From NCBI GenBank assembly GCA_013239625.1, contig MU054391.1:870001-934000 (forward strand): a stretch of 64,000 nucleotides of DNA, given 5' to 3'. A program made the position numbers and the translations under genes. The DNA is from Lama guanicoe. Its lineage: Eukaryota. This document shows, piece by piece, positions 24,423 through 39,000 of the stretch. Under the pieces are notes generated by a model. It saw nothing but the letters and a program-made list of their open reading frames with translations, did not search any database and was not told the origin of the DNA. Each line of letters starts with the position of its first letter. The first letter of the stretch is position 1.

Positions 24423-26616
24423 CATAGATAAGGATGCTGGGTCTCTTACTCTGTGGGGAAAGCTTTACTTGTATAACGTGGCAGTGACAGCAAGTTGTCA
24501 TCGGTAAGCTATGAAGGGTCCAGAAAGAAAGAGGTAAGTCCTCTTTCACTGCACTGTCAGCAGCCGTGGGGGCCCCACAGGCCTGGTCCTCTCCAGGCTG
24601 CTTGCTGGCTCCCAGTTCCTGCGGCCTCCAATCTGACCCTAGCGGGACGAATGTGCCCACGGAGCCTCAGAGAGTGGCCTCTTTGCTCCAGAAAGCAACT
24701 GGCTGCTTCACGTCTCTGCAACCATTTCCAAAGCTGCGCTTTGCTGGGTTCAGATGGCTCTGCGACTTGAAAGAGTTAACGTGTTACCAGAGAGTGGAGT
24801 ATCTAAATTCTTCCACTTTTCGTCAACCAGATCGCGTCTGATATCCAGGAAACTGTTAAATTCTTCAAACCCAGGCTGAGAATTTTCTTGACAGGCGAAT
24901 GCACTTCTCGGCTCTAAGGAACATCTGCCGAGAGGTGAGGAGATGGGGCCGACTCCTCCCTCCCAGGACCCCGCCAGTCGTCATGGGGGAACCCCGTCTA
25001 TTGGCGTCCCCGGCTTATTTGCTGGTTTAAAATCAATACGTGCTCGCTCTCTATTCATTTTTGGTCATGAAACCTTCAGTTGTAGCAGATCGGCGTAATT
25101 TTCAGTTTAGGTTTTCTGCCGCGCCCAGAGACACCTCTAACGCATTGTCTGCTGCTTACAGGCCAATCAGAAACCAGACCCGCCTCCCCGAGCCTCCTGC
25201 AGCCTGGACGGCAGGGCTTACGCACGGCTCTGCGCCTGCGGGCCGGTCACGCCTTCGCTCCATCTGCTGGGACCCAGGCTGGGTGCAGCATGTGGAAGTC
25301 TCCAAGCTGCTGTCACCAGGAGCTCGGGTTCTAGTGGGAGGTAGCTGCAGGCCAGGTGTCAGGATGCGCCAGAGAGAAGCGTCCCGTCTGCCCCCAGGAG
25401 GGCGTGGGGGTCCGGGAGGACTTCCTGCGCCAGAGGGCGCTCCGGGGTGTCTGTTCTCATGTGTGTCCAGGCCAGTCAAGGCCACTGCCGGGAAGGGGAG
25501 ATGTGGATTCTACAGTCTTAATTTTAGCCCTAAAATTTCATTGTCATTATTCACAGTAGCCAGCGGAGCCAAGACCGCAGGTGAGAATCCGTGTGTAAAC
25601 CAGCAGGTGCGGGTGGGACGGCAGAGCCCCCGCACACACGCGCACGCACGGAAGAGGAGACTGCCACAGCACCACGGGTAAAGACAGAGCGGGGGGACCG
25701 TCGGAAAGGACCGTCCATCCCTCTATCACCAGGACGGAAAAATGTTCTCCTGATTGAAGGCACTTGTCTTCTCAAGAAGGAAGCCTGTGTTTGAATCGGC
25801 TCAGGGTTGTTGGTTTCTTCTGAGTTTGTTCTGTTTTTAAGTGTAGCATTTCACACCAGGGAGCCAGGACCAGTCAAACTTGTGCATCACATGGTGCAGA
25901 TTATACAGTGCAAGGTGCAGTGCCACATACACTGGCTGAAGGAGGGGCCTCCCACAGCACGGTGTTCCCTCAGCTGCCGTATTTACTTCCCAGCGCTCAC
26001 GCATCTGCTGCGGCACAGGCACACCTGCAGGCCCACATCTCTGCTCTAAGAGACTCCTCCAGTGCCTTCAGGATGGGAAAGTGCTGCCTAGGTGTAAAAC
26101 CGTCTCTGATGGGGATTAGATAAACGCCTGCAGACCATCCTCAGACACACGGCGACCTAATCCAGGTCACGAGGAACTGACAAGGCACTTCTGAAGGGCA
26201 ACGCCGCCCACGTGCAGGACGGCCGAAGACAGTCGTCCCCTTGCTCTACCTTCGTGCGCGTTTGCTCTTTCTGCTTAGTTCAAGCCAGGACGCTGATGAA
26301 CCGATGTCTCTGAATGCCGTTTTTGTGTGTCCAGAATCAGGCAATTCCACGTTGGAATAGATTATCAAATGCATTTTTCTAAATTAACCAAAATTTATGT
26401 GTTTATACAACTTCTAGTTTCCCCCCAAAAATCTCAGAAACCTTTATGTTGTTTTAGGACCACTTGCTTTCTGTGTAAACGTGAGGCGTGTCCCTGTAAG
26501 ACACCAAGCACGGTGCAGAAGCGTCGGGAGGAGGACCACAGTCAGTGAGGTCGCGTCCACGAGGCGGTAACTGCTGTTCTAATTTCAAGGGCGTGGCTGC
26601 ATTCACCCCCTCGTGT

Positions 26617-26723
<107 letters not shown>

Positions 26724-28849
26724 CACTCGTGTGCATGGAAATACATATTTATATGTAAATGATCACACGTGGCTACTCTCTGTAAGTTGACTTTCCATTA
26801 GAAACGTGTTCAGGTGTTTTTTTATGTCAATAAATTTAATTTAAACTTATTTTCACATTTAATGCCTGCTCCATAGCCAATCTGTTTCCTAAGATGCTCA
26901 GGACGCCCCCTCCCCCTTTTCAAATCAGTGCGCCCCCCTTTCCCATGTTTACATACGCATTCTAGAATCTCGCTGGGACACGGTTCAGCATTCTGGCTGC
27001 TGGGTCATGTTCTCCTGGGATGTCCTGTTTCTTAATGTTGATGGACAACACAAGCCTCTCCCCAGAGGGGGCACACCGACCAAAGCCCTGACATCAGGAG
27101 ATGGGACAGCTTCGTAGAATGGTTTTTAAAAACCCCTCAGGGCTAATTATATCCATTGGAACGTCACGAATCCTTAGTCTTTGAGGATTTTTGCATTTTG
27201 TTTGATTTTCACAAACAGCCGTAAGTCACAGGGGCCAAGACAGTCCAGTGAGTTGAGAGCTGGAACCAAGCACCAGGATTTTGAGTCAAACGCTGGAAAG
27301 TGCACTGTGACCCAGGGTGAGATCCGACTTCAGAGGCCTGTTGACTCTGGAAGGGCCGCAGGGAAACTTTAGGGCACTGCAGGACTCCTGGAAAGGGAGA
27401 GCCAGGGACTCACGCTGGAGGATTTAAAAAGTGTAAGAAAAAGCCTACGTGTGGCTTCATCTGCTGTTTTGAATTCTGAGGTTTTACTCCCCTGTGAAGT
27501 GCAGTGATTCTTCTCCCAGGCGATACAGGAAAATAACGTCTTTCCTGAAAAATATCTTTGTCTATTTTTTTCTTGAAAGTTCAGAGTTAACATCGTTTCT
27601 GCCTTCTTTGCACAGCACACAGCCTGACGTGATGGCGGTGTCTCCCCGTCGCCTGCTTCAGCTTTGTCTCACGGCGATGTGACTGCCCTGCTGGATTCAG
27701 ATGTCGCCTTGTGCTGTCACCTGCAGTCACCTAGCCCAAAGAGCCAAGTCAGCGACCTCAGATGTGGAGGGACACTGGCGCTTGGAGGCAGTGCCGTGCG
27801 CTAACGTGCTCTTCTCCGTGAACCACCTTCCTTGTCACTCCTGGCTCATGACCGCAACGGGCCAGACATCCAAGCAGACCACTCACCCCGCAGACACTTG
27901 AATGGGGCACTTCTGCTGGACGGCGGTCCCAGGGGAGGCGTGGGCGTGAAGTGCAGATGCCCCAGGCAGATCAGGGACTCGCAGCACGTCGGGGGTGGGG
28001 AACCCACTGCCCCATGTGCTCCATTATGTGAGCAAACTCGCTCAGAAACCCGACCTGCGCCAGAGAGCTGGGGACCCCCTTCCCACCGCTTTGCAAGCTC
28101 ATGTTCACACAGCAGCAACCTAAGAATCTCATCGCTTTTCAACAACTGTGGATTCTGAAGGTAGAAAACCAGATGTTGCTGGGGAGTTGGGGGAAGGACG
28201 GGCTTGGGGACAGACCCCCCCATGGCAAGGGCCAGAAGAACGGCTCCTGACACAGTCCACGTCTGCCTCACACTGAGGAGCCCCTGGACAGGACAGCTCC
28301 CCCGAAGGGTCTCAGGCCCTCTCCCAGGCCTCAGCCACGCTCTCATGCACCAGACAGTGAGGGACGGTTCTCCTGCAACGACGCGCTGGGCTGAGGGCGA
28401 TGTGGGGTCCGAGGTCAGTCATGTCGAGGGGGAAGGTTTTGGGAGGAAGGAGCAGGGGGGCAGCGTGGGGTGGGGGTGCCTAACAGATCAGTCCACCTTG
28501 AACTCGCTGTCGTGACCCTGCAGCCTGCCCGGCTTTGTGGGTGAGGATGCGGGGACCAGCGGGCGGGGCTCCCTCCTGCCGCTCCTCCTCCCCGAAGGCC
28601 CGGGACTCAGCCCCGCACGTGGGAGCATCTTTCTCAGCCCCTCTGCCAGCGCCGACACCCCGACCACCACCGGACCCCACCCTCTCAAGGGAGGGGAAGC
28701 TGCAAAGGGGATTCACCCTCAGCCTCGCCGTCCCAGGCTTCCTTCCGCCTGTCGGGCAGCTGCCCTGCCGTCTGGGTCTGTCCGGACGGGCCCAGTTCCG
28801 TGCCTCGAGGACACTGTGTACTTTGCAGCCATAAATAAACGAAGAGCTT

Positions 28850-29210
28850 CTTGCTCCTGTGCAAGCGAAGTCGTGGTCCGTAATTACGTAAGCAAGTGCC
28901 GGTGAACAGCGGGACTGGAGAGTGGGACCCCGGCCCAGCAGGACTGAGCTGCGGGAAGCGACGCGAGTTGCGGGCGGGCAGGGCGAGGCTGCCGCCTGGG
29001 AGCCTCTGAGCGACCTCACCATCTCCAGACGCCGCCTCCCCACGAGCTCGCCCCGCCCCACCTCGACCGCCGAGGGCTGGGAAGGCCCCGTTTTCGGCGC
29101 TACAGTCGCTGGAATAATTTTTCAAGGGCCGAGGGAGGGAGAACATTTACAAAGCGCTTTAACGTTCTGCATTGGTGACTGTCCCGGGCGAGCCGGCGTC
29201 TTGTGCTGAG
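28850..29210 (-). promoter_or_regulatory. Small CpG island / candidate alternative promoter with ATG-terminated first exon
   Basis: CpG-dense, with a GC-box at 29051-29058. Minus strand reads GGCGTCTGGAG ATG|GTGAGG (ATG at 29022-29020). Palindromic TTACGTAA at 28884-28891. Confidence 0.5.
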
Positions 29211-32200
29211 GCCAGCGGGGTGCAGGCAGTCACAGCCCCAGTGACACGTGCGCTTCTCAGGGTCTGCAGACTCTGAAGAACGTCGCTGTGAACTGCACCT
29301 TTCAGTATATAATCACGCCTGAATTTTCTCTGGAAACAGTAAGAAAATGTGCTGGATAGAAAATACAGTAAGCATGTGAGGGTGAGACCTCGGAGCGCAG
29401 TCACCGTAGTATTTTCTGTCTTAGAAACGTACACACACACCCAGAGGCACTCGACGTACAGGGCGAGGACCTGTGAGGCGTCCCCCGGGGTGTGGCCCCT
29501 GAAGCCACTTCACGGAGCTGCCGGTGTGGCCTCCCGCACACACAGCCACCCTGCGACCTGGACAGACGGCCTTTGGGGAGGCTGCTGTGGCCCCGGCCGC
29601 GGGCGGGGTGCTGGGGGTGAGGACTGACAGCACGTCCTCATCTGACGGGGCTGAGCAGCCCTCCCAGCAGGCCAGCCCTGTGTGTGGAGCAGGGAGAAGG
29701 CAGATCACAGCAACAGCCCTGTCCTCACGGCCTCCCTTCTGTCACTCCTGAGAGGCCGGTCTGGAGCACCGGCCGGAGAAAGTGGGTTTCTGTGGGGCCG
29801 GATTCAAGTAGGAAGGTCAGGGAGGCTGAGGCAGGTTTAAAACGGAAAGGGCAGACGACGACACAGACAGGAAAGAGGCCTTCAGTCTCCCAGTTGAAAA
29901 AAAAATACATATATTGTCAGAAAGGCAGGCTTCCAATGGCGGTTTGGGTAAATTTTTAAAAATACTTGGGTAAGTGCGCAGAAATTATTTAATACAACGT
30001 AACACAATACTATGCCAACATTTATCTAATTATGTACAATATGTAAATTCAATGTGTATATATCCTAAGTATATAAAACTTAATATAAGGGTCTGATAAA
30101 TATGCATTAATTACATAAACAGGCTTAAGACTGACAGTGACCTGGGAACGTTAAAAGCCCTGAAAGGATTTTATAAAATGGTCATTTCAAAAAATGAATC
30201 GCTGTCTAGGGAACGTCCGTCCTTTCTACTTGGAAACTAAGGACACCTGACGTCATGCCCAGTCCCACCACGAACGGTGACCGTTTGGAACGTTTACCAG
30301 CTTCTTTTCCTGCGTTGGCACCGCCCTGGCTGGCACCATGACGGGGGACCGGGCAGCGCCCGCGCTGGCCCTGCTCCCTGGCCTGAGGTGCGCCGGGGCG
30401 CGGAGGGCCGTAGCCTAAGTGAGCACGTGGAGAGTGCACGTTATGCTTTTCCCAGTCATGTTTGGAAAGTGTCCTGCAGCTTGGCTTAGAGACTAGCACA
30501 CCCTTTTCCTTTCAACATCGAGGAAGTGGGCGTGACGGGTGTGCCAGCGTCAGAGTGACAGCACTGCCCTGTCACCCGCCGGCCACACGTGCTAACAGGA
30601 GCGCACGGCGTGGACCGCAGCCCCGCTCTCCCCAGGGTGACGGTGATGAGGGGGGTCAGCTGACCTGCCACACCCAGCACGGCACCTGCTCACCTGCCCA
30701 GGAGGCACACGGGACCTCAGGAGCCAGACGGGCAAAAAGGCACATCCCTAAATGCCGTGGGCTGCCCGTATCCAAGCCTGGCTCCATGGGTCCCAGAGCT
30801 GTGGCCAGATTCAGGAGGCTCTGACCCCACCAGCAGAACAGCGCATCTGAGCAGTACCGTCTTCCCACTGCCCCAGGCTTTCTCTTAATTCCCTCCTGCC
30901 TCTGTCCTCCATTAATCAAGGAGCTGACACCCACCCAGACAGCCACCACGTTACACACGCGGCCACTGCAGTGGTTTCCTCTGGTGCCTCTGCACCAAAG
31001 CCCCAGACACCGCCCGGGGGACCCTGAGCTTCCTGCACAGACACCGGCACGAAACGTATGGCTCTTAGCGGGCCGCACAGAGCAGGAAGGGAAGTACCGG
31101 GGGTGTCTGCGACTCCCCATCCGAAGCCATCTCAGCCCAGTGACGGCTTCACGATGGCGGTTCTCAGCAGTAGGACTTGGCGACACGTGGGTGCTGCAGT
31201 TATCAGCATTCAGAGCCCATCCGAAGCTGCAGCTGAACTCCAGCTGCCGGCGGGCTTGAAAAGAGCCGGCGCCTTGCAAATCGCTCCGACAGGCATTCTG
31301 GAGATGAGCGTACCATGACCAAATCACGTTCCACGGAAACGCCCCTTCTGCTGCTGATGAAGAGCACAATCAGACAGCACTTCAGCCTGGCGCGTTCAGT
31401 CTGCACAGTGTCAGTGTCACACGAAACCCTGGCAGGACTCACGCTGCGTCCCTGTGTAGTGCACAGTGGCACCTGCCGGCCAGTGACGTCCTGGGGCCGG
31501 TACGCTCCAGAGGAGTGGAGGGGGCCGGCGGCCGCAGAGGATGGAATCCCCACTGCGAACCGTTTCAGCGGTGCCCCAGGCTGGGGCTGTCCTTGTGGAA
31601 TCTGAAGGGTGAGTGAGTCACGAGAAGCTACAGCCAACTCTGCTCGGGTACAAGCCCTTTCCGGCAGGAGCCACCTACTCTGCCCTGGAAATTTCGGCTC
31701 GTGGCCTCAGAGTGACTCCCCAGCAGCCTAAGTTCTTCCCTCCCAGAGGACTAGGGGGCGTGTGGTTCAGGGCTGACGGCCTGCAGACAGGCTGCCGGCC
31801 TCTTCTGAGCGCTGCGAGGGCCTTGGGATGGCCGCGTCCCCTGCGAGGACAGCTGGGGCACACGGCAGGTCGCCCTGCCCACCTGGGAGCCCGCGCCAGA
31901 CAGCAGATCACTGTCACTCAGAGACGCGCGTCCACCTGCTGCCCTGTCTCCAGCTACCAGAGCCTTTCCCATTTTGAATTTTAACACACTCTGCCTTTCA
32001 GTCTCCCTTCAAGAAACACAGACACCACAGGCTTCAGACTCCAGTGCAGTCTCTGGGTTTAAGAGCCGGAGAGAAAATCTGTCCGAAGCAGTTAGCGAGC
32101 GGCCACCTCAGTGGAGAGCACGCCTCTAGTCTGAGAGGACGCAGGGCACCCCTCCGGCCGCCCACACCTGGGGACCCCGTCCCACGGTGCACAGGGCCTG

Positions 32201-34101
32201 GATCAGCTCTCTGGAGCACCGAGGAGCCTGGCAGAGATGTCTGCTAACGGCTTCTTTACCGAAGACACAAAGAAAAGGCTTGAAAAGAGCGGGCGCTTCC
32301 CTTGGTTCCTGAATGAAACCACAGAGAGACGTCGGGGATGCGGTGTGGCCAGACAGTCCCCGCGAGCTGCCTGGTGGCACGTGTGTTCCTGGGACAATGT
32401 CCTGTGTCCCTCGGAGTCACAGACTGGCCGGGAAGCCGTCTCCTGCCTGGTCCACTCAGCTCCACTAGCTGGTATGAGCCACACGCTCCCTCTAGGATTC
32501 GCTGCGTCCTGAGGCTGCGTGACCTGTGGGGCCAGTCCCACCGACCATCTCCCTGGGTTTGTGCTCTGCAGGTTTATTTTCCCTTCCTCCCTCCCTCTTG
32601 CTCTGCCTTCCCTTCCTTGTTTCCCAGTTATATCCTTGAGCAGAGCGAATGCAGCAACATGTCAAAATCACAGGGAATTACCCCAGAGCTGCCAGTAAGG
32701 CTGGGTGAGTGTGGGGGACAGTGTCTACAAAACAGGAGGGGAGGCGTGGATCTGGTCCCCCCACCCCGGGCCCCGTGCCGTGCTGCGCACGTGGACCGAC
32801 AGTACAGTGGGGCTTGAGGGCAGAGCGAGCGGGTTCCTGCGCGGAGGGCACGTCGGCCTGCGTGGCTCGGACGTCACTTGAACGCCGGCTCCATGTCAGG
32901 CTCTGCAGTGCCATCGGCATCGCTCGGGGGAACAGCGCCCCAGTCCCTCATGGGAAGTCTGTCAGACCTCGGGGAGGGGGGCTGAAACTGCATCCGTCCA
33001 GTGACTTGCTCTGTGCCCGGCCCTCCGCTGGCCTCCCTGCGGGGCTCTCCACATGAGCTGTGAGCTACGTCGCTCCTGCCTCCAACATTCCCACGGGAGA
33101 GGTGTCACCTCCCCCGTTTGCGGAAGGAGCTGCAGAGGGCTCCAGGAGAGGGCGGTGCTAGACTCGGGCAGGACACTCAGCTGTTGGCAGAGGGCTGAGA
33201 TTTGAGCCCAGATCGTGCTACAGACCCCCTCCCCCCATGTCTCCATGCCAGAGACCTGCCCACACTGCCCACCTCCAAGTTCACGGCGTGGGTTTGCTGT
33301 GTCACCAGCTCACACCCAGGGGTCTGCCTCCCAGGCCGCGCCGGCTGTCCGCCGCCATGAACTCAGCCTCTGCAGCATCCAGGCCTGGATGGTGACAGCC
33401 CGAGTTCACGCCCGCTGCCTGCCTGCCTGCACTTTTCCTCTCCTCTCTCTGCTCCCTGCCCACCCCCTTACTGGGGCAAGGCGCGCCCTCACCCTGGGGG
33501 AAGGGAGCGGGACGGAAGCAGCCGTCGGGCACTGCCATCTCAAGGAAGATGCGAGGCTAGTGTTGTAAGGATTCCCAGAGAGCATGTTGCTCTCAGACCA
33601 GCTCATTCCTGCAGGAAGTGGAGAAAACGCTCAGGAAACAGACAAGCCGACACTTCCCCCTGCTGATAACTTAGGATTCAGCTTAGCTTTTTGACGTATT
33701 TTAAACCAAAGCAAGTGGAGTCATCCCTCGTACTGGTAAGAAAATTCAATTCAGGTCTTAGGTGTCCCTCTACTGCGGCAAGTGGGGGGACTTGAGAAAA
33801 CACGCCGGTATTTGACTTGCAAAGTGCGGCTGGGAGGCGTCCCTCACAGAGCTGTCCCTCCCTGTCCTGGTGACACTGGCCTCTTCCCCACAAGGGTTTG
33901 ATACAGTTGAAGTTTTTCTTAGAAATCACATCACAGGTGATGCGCACTTGTTTTGAACGTTAACCTAAAACATCGAAGTGTCTGTTCCTTCCAACACCTC
34001 AGGTTCCCTGAGTCATCCCAGGGGCTTCACACTTGCCGTCTTACTTTCCCTCAAAGATGCAAGACCTGCGACCAGGCTTCTGATGTGGGGGAGGTGCCGT
34101 C

Positions 34102-34181
34102 AAGGAAGGAAGGGAGGAAGGAAGGAAGGGGGAGGGAGGGAGGAAGATGGGAAGGGAGGGAGGGAGGAGGGAGGAGGGAGG
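34102..34181. repeat. (GGAA/GGGA)n polypurine tract
   Basis: 80 bp of almost pure A/G (one T). Confidence 0.9.
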
Positions 34182-34639
34182 CAGTCCCAGGGCCTCTGAG
34201 GGCCGCTCTGAGGCTGGTGTCAGGCAGGATGCTGGACACCTGCGAGGGGAGAGAGCGCTGTACTGCACCCTCCTTCACACTCGTAAGGCAAGTAAACTGA
34301 AGATAGAAAGGTTTAGTCTATCTAAGACAACGCAGGAGAAATTATTGTTTGAAGATGTTCAAAGAAATTACAGCTTAACCAGCTCGAGTGTTTCTCATTG
34401 AACTCAATGCCTAAACCAGTTGTCGCTCAGAAAAATTAAGACTTTTGTACAGAGCCCCAAAACCCCAAAGAGAGAACACACCATTGCTTTTCTGAACACT
34501 GGACTCAGGAAGTCCTCTCTCCTGAATAGGACCAGAGGAGGAGCCGCCGCGGAGCCCGCCAGTGGTGCCCGCCGTGTACACCGGCTTCGCCAGAGGGAGG
34601 ACGGCCGGGGAGCCTCTCCCCGTGGAGTCGGCGCTCCGA

Positions 34640-36060
34640 GTACATCCAGTACTCAGTACTCAGCACTCGGCACCAGGCACGCCCTGGGGCAAACACTGAA
34701 AATAAGATTTCTCCTTTACCCTGAAGACCTGGATCTAGGATCAAAAGAGGCAAGTGAAAGATCCTAGAGGAAATGTGCTCTGTTACTTGAAGTACGTGCT
34801 GAGGAAGAAGACGACTGCTGAGAGCAGACCCAGGCCGAGCGGTGGGCGGACAGAAGGGTGGGGCCTGGAGGGGGCGCTGAGGGCTGAACGGCAAGTCCAG
34901 ACAGACGGGTAAGCAAACAAACAAAAGACGCCTTTCAGGCAGGAGACAGAGACCGCGCTCAGAGGCACATGGAGCCACGTCGGGGCTCTCCGGGGGTGTT
35001 CCGGGTGGCCGAGCCCGACGTGTCAGCCCATGGTGCGCAGGGGCAGCCGGACGGGTGGGAGGGGGACCAGTAACTGTAGCACCTGGAGGAATGCACCCCA
35101 CAGGGATGGGAGGGCTACGAAAGGCTTCACGTGGAGGAGGGGTGGCACGGGTGTGTCCAGATTTCATGCAGACGATTATAAAGGCCGTGTGGAGGGTGGA
35201 TGTGGGGGGCACAGAGCTACAGCCAAGAAGGCCGGGCAGGAGGCCCTTGGCGTGGTCCAGCTGAGCAATGATAAACCTCTGTTCGAGGTGTGGACGGCAG
35301 GAAGCGGGGGTGGAGAGGAGGGGTTTGGACCTGATGTCAGAAGGGCATGACAGTCCCAGGACGGAGGAACACAGACTAGAGGGGGAGGCGCGTCTGTGAT
35401 GCTAGCGTGTAGCTGGGAACGAGCAGGATACGGAGGACGGGGCTTCCGCGGGGAGGACGACCACGCTCAGGGCTCAGGGCTGCTCGGGCAGCAGTGAGGC
35501 CAAGACAGTCTTCGATAAACCGTCCGAGCTGGGTGCCGGCTCGAGGGTCCTCAGCACGTGGCGGTGGGACCTCGGCAGACCTGGGAGCCGCAGGTGGAGG
35601 GCAGGACACCCGGACGTGAGGAGCGGAGAGGGAAGAAGGGAGCGGTCTCTCTGAATGTGCCCAGCGATGTCAGATGCGCTTCAGAGCCCAGCAGGATGGG
35701 GTTTTAAAATGTGAGTTGGATTTGGAAATCACAACTCAGCTAGCGACATTTTGGAGAGGTGGGTAAGCCAGCAGGAAGTGAGGGCGTGAAGCCCACCTTT
35801 TGAGGAGGCTGTGAAGTGGCCTCCCTCAGCGCCGGCACCTGGGGCAGACGGAGAACAGGTGGACGAGGGACATGAGGACACGCAGAGGGAGCAGTGGGTG
35901 AGAAGCATCAGGTCGGGAGAGGCAGGGCAGGAGGTGGGATGGCGTCGGTGAGAGAGGACGGGAGAGGTGGTCAGAGCAGCAGAGACGGGAGGCTCTGGGA
36001 CCGCCTGTGAAGGTGGACTGCACCCTGGGAGGGCCTGGAACACTGTCCCGCTGTCCACGC
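34640..36060 (-). mobile_element. Fragmented LINE-2 remnant
   Basis: Starts tactcagcactcggcaccaggcac...aaaataagatttctcctttaccctgaag, like the reverse complement of the L2 3' end, followed by a long GA-rich L2-like tract. Boundaries uncertain. Confidence 0.4.
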
Positions 36061-39000
36061 TCCACTGTAGGCACGTGCAGTGGGGGCATCAGAGCTTCAC
36101 GGACGCCCCTGTCTGAGGACTATGTTCTGCCTTCTGCGAACGTGCCTCCGTGGCAGGGCTGATGCTGGTCAGACCGTCGGGGAGGAAGTCTCCCCAGGTG
36201 TGCATTTCTCAGCCCCGGGGTGAGACCACTCGCCACCTGCTGGGTGAGCCGCTCTGCTAAGTAATGCTTAGATTAATCAGGATTTATTAACTTGACAGCC
36301 AGGAAAATTAAAAATAACCCATTCTGGTGCTTGAAATTAATGAGGCTTCGATTTACTCCCTGAAGAATGAAGTGAGTAGTGCAGTCGGATGAGTAACTCG
36401 TAACTTGGGGTGACTTTCTCCAAAAAGCACTGGGCTGGATGTTTATAACTGGTAAATTGAAAAATAATCTGCATTGTAATCACTGTGTATCCGCAGCGTC
36501 TGAGGCCGGTCCCTTCTCTCCTGGAAATGGTCCAACGTCACCATCAGGTGCTAGAAGCCCTTGGGTAACATGGATGGGACTTACTGACGACAAGAGAGGA
36601 GTCTCTGACCTTCAGACACTTAGACAGAACCCACACGTCCTCGTGAAGTCCTGTTGTTAAGGCAAGAATGCAAGATGCAAGCACCTTTCCATCACTGCCT
36701 GACAGGCCGCTGTGTGGACACAAACCAGGAGGGCACGTGCTGCCTCATTTACCCTCAGCCACCCCACGGCAGGCTGGGTCAGCCTCACCCACACCGGTCT
36801 GCCCGAGACGCAGGTTTGGGCCCAGGCCTGCGTGGCCGCAGCGCGCTTGGTCTCCCCAGGGCAGTCCGCGGCCTTCCGTCTCCAGGCTTTGGCACACACG
36901 GAACACCACGCACTGAGCACCTACTCGGGGCCGCTGGCATGTCGCCGGCCGTGCTGCAGAGCGAGGGCTCCCCACGGGGCTGGCTGGGGGCTTCTGCACT
37001 TTTTCTCCGTGGTCCCAAACTGCCCGATTCCTAAGCTCTGATGGCAACTGTTTACACTTTCATTCATTTTCTGTCCGTATCGTTTCTCACTTCTGTCCGT
37101 GACGCTGGTGTCAGGTATCCGGTGGTTCAAACCTCGTTTCGCTATGCGCTGTGTGACCACGTGGCTTCTCTCCCCATCACGTTCCTCGTTTACAAGAAAC
37201 AGACGACACCAGGTCTAGTGATCAGGCAGGGCCAAGCATCACACCACTCGGCAGGCGTCTGGAGCAGAGGTTAGGTGCACAGACACAACTTACATGTTAT
37301 TTCCAATGTGTCGCTCCTTAGTACAAGGTGGATTTATAAACTGCACAATAAAACCTGTTAATGTGATTTTAAAAAGCTGATTTGGAATAACCAGGCCGGA
37401 AAGCATTCCCGGGGGCTGTGTGTGAAGGTCAGCTCATGGACATCTGTCTGGTCGTGTGGCGCCGTGCGCACCCCCGGGCCTCCGAGTCTCAGCTCCAGTC
37501 TGGAGGGAAGTGGGCTGAGTGGGGGGCTCCCCGGGAGCGAGACTGAAAGGGCAGTGCTGCCTCGGCCCCTGCCAGTGCGGGCGGAAATACGGCGTGGGGC
37601 TCCACCTCGGGGCGCTCAGCACCCAGCTCCCCACGGGCCGGGACAGCGCAAAGCGCCCACTCACCGGACGGGAATCTGGTTTCCTCAGGACTTGGCCTTC
37701 TGCTGTTCCGGACACCACCAGACAGGAAAGAGGAACCTACTCCCCAAAAGCTCACACGCCGCATGCAAACACACCGAGCATCACCTATTTTTATGTAAAA
37801 TACTTTCAGAACTCGGACCATTCAGTTCTCATGAGCAAGTGTGGGAAAAAGTCTAGTTTACTCGTTAGACTTCTCTGCGCACTACGTTCGAGTTGCCGAT
37901 CACGCGGAAACGTAGACTAGAGGTTCACCGCGGGTTTAGCTGGATTCACCGGAGCCGTTCCAGTGCTCCGTCCTTCCCAGAGCGGCACGAGGCTGCTTCT
38001 CCTCCCTTCACACCTGCCCCTCACTTGGCCAAGGTGATGGGGCGAGGTGACGCGGTATCGGAGGTGGCTTCTGGGCCGTGGGAGAGGCTGGCGTCACAGA
38101 AGGGACCCAGTTTGGGTGGAGCAGGTGGTCCCGGCCTGAGCCAGGAGGTCCCTGCTGAGACATGAGGGCAGCAGAACCGTCCTGGGGAGATTAGCGAAAA
38201 CAAGAGGTTCTAACTGAACTTTGTCAAGGTTTCTAATGAAAGCAAAGCTGCTTTTCTTCCCCATTCGTTTCCATCAGTTTGGGGGAAAATCTGGCCATTT
38301 CGTTCAAGTCCACCAAGGACAGACTTTCGATCGCGGCACAGCTGGGCTGGCAAAACACGTGTTCCGCTGAAGAGCTGAAGCAGCTGCTCCGCTGACGTCG
38401 CTCTGGTTACTTACTCACTTAGGAACGAGGGGCTCAGGGACCCTTTCGTAAAATAACAAAACAGAGCAGATCAGCGCACGCACTGTCTCAGGTGGTGAGA
38501 ACAATGACTGAGTTCGGGCCTTATCTCGGCCCTTAAAGGTATAGCAGGGAACCACGCAGCGACGCGGAAGCGGAGGCACGGGGAGCCGCGGCGTGCAAAC
38601 GCGGGAAGCACGCTTATTACTCGTGACTTTGCGTCCTTAGTTTGACAAGAGCAGGTCAGGTGGCTCACAGCCTCACCAGGTGATTAGGCAAACCCGAATC
38701 GCTCAGGGGCTGGGCTTCCACAGGACAGCCGTCCGACGGCCTTGTCTCTTATTCCAAAAGAGTCTCCTGCCACTTTTCAGGGAAACGGCGGGGATGGAAG
38801 GGAGCTCCAGTTCATCCTCATCTAATGGTTCTTGTTTCGGTTCCACTACCATTTTCACAAAAAACGCTATTTTTAATATGTTTGTATTACCCAAGTCGGA
38901 GGCCCATGAGCAGCTCAGACGACCTCTGTGTTGGGCCGACGAGGAGAGACACCGGATGGCGGCTGGGAGCACCACGATGTGAGCAAAGTGCCACTCCCCC

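Noticed and set aside
38703..38975. Acidic peptide VKMVVEPKQEPLDEDELELPSIP on the minus strand
   Set aside because: No convincing flanking splice signals and no family I can name; treated as chance
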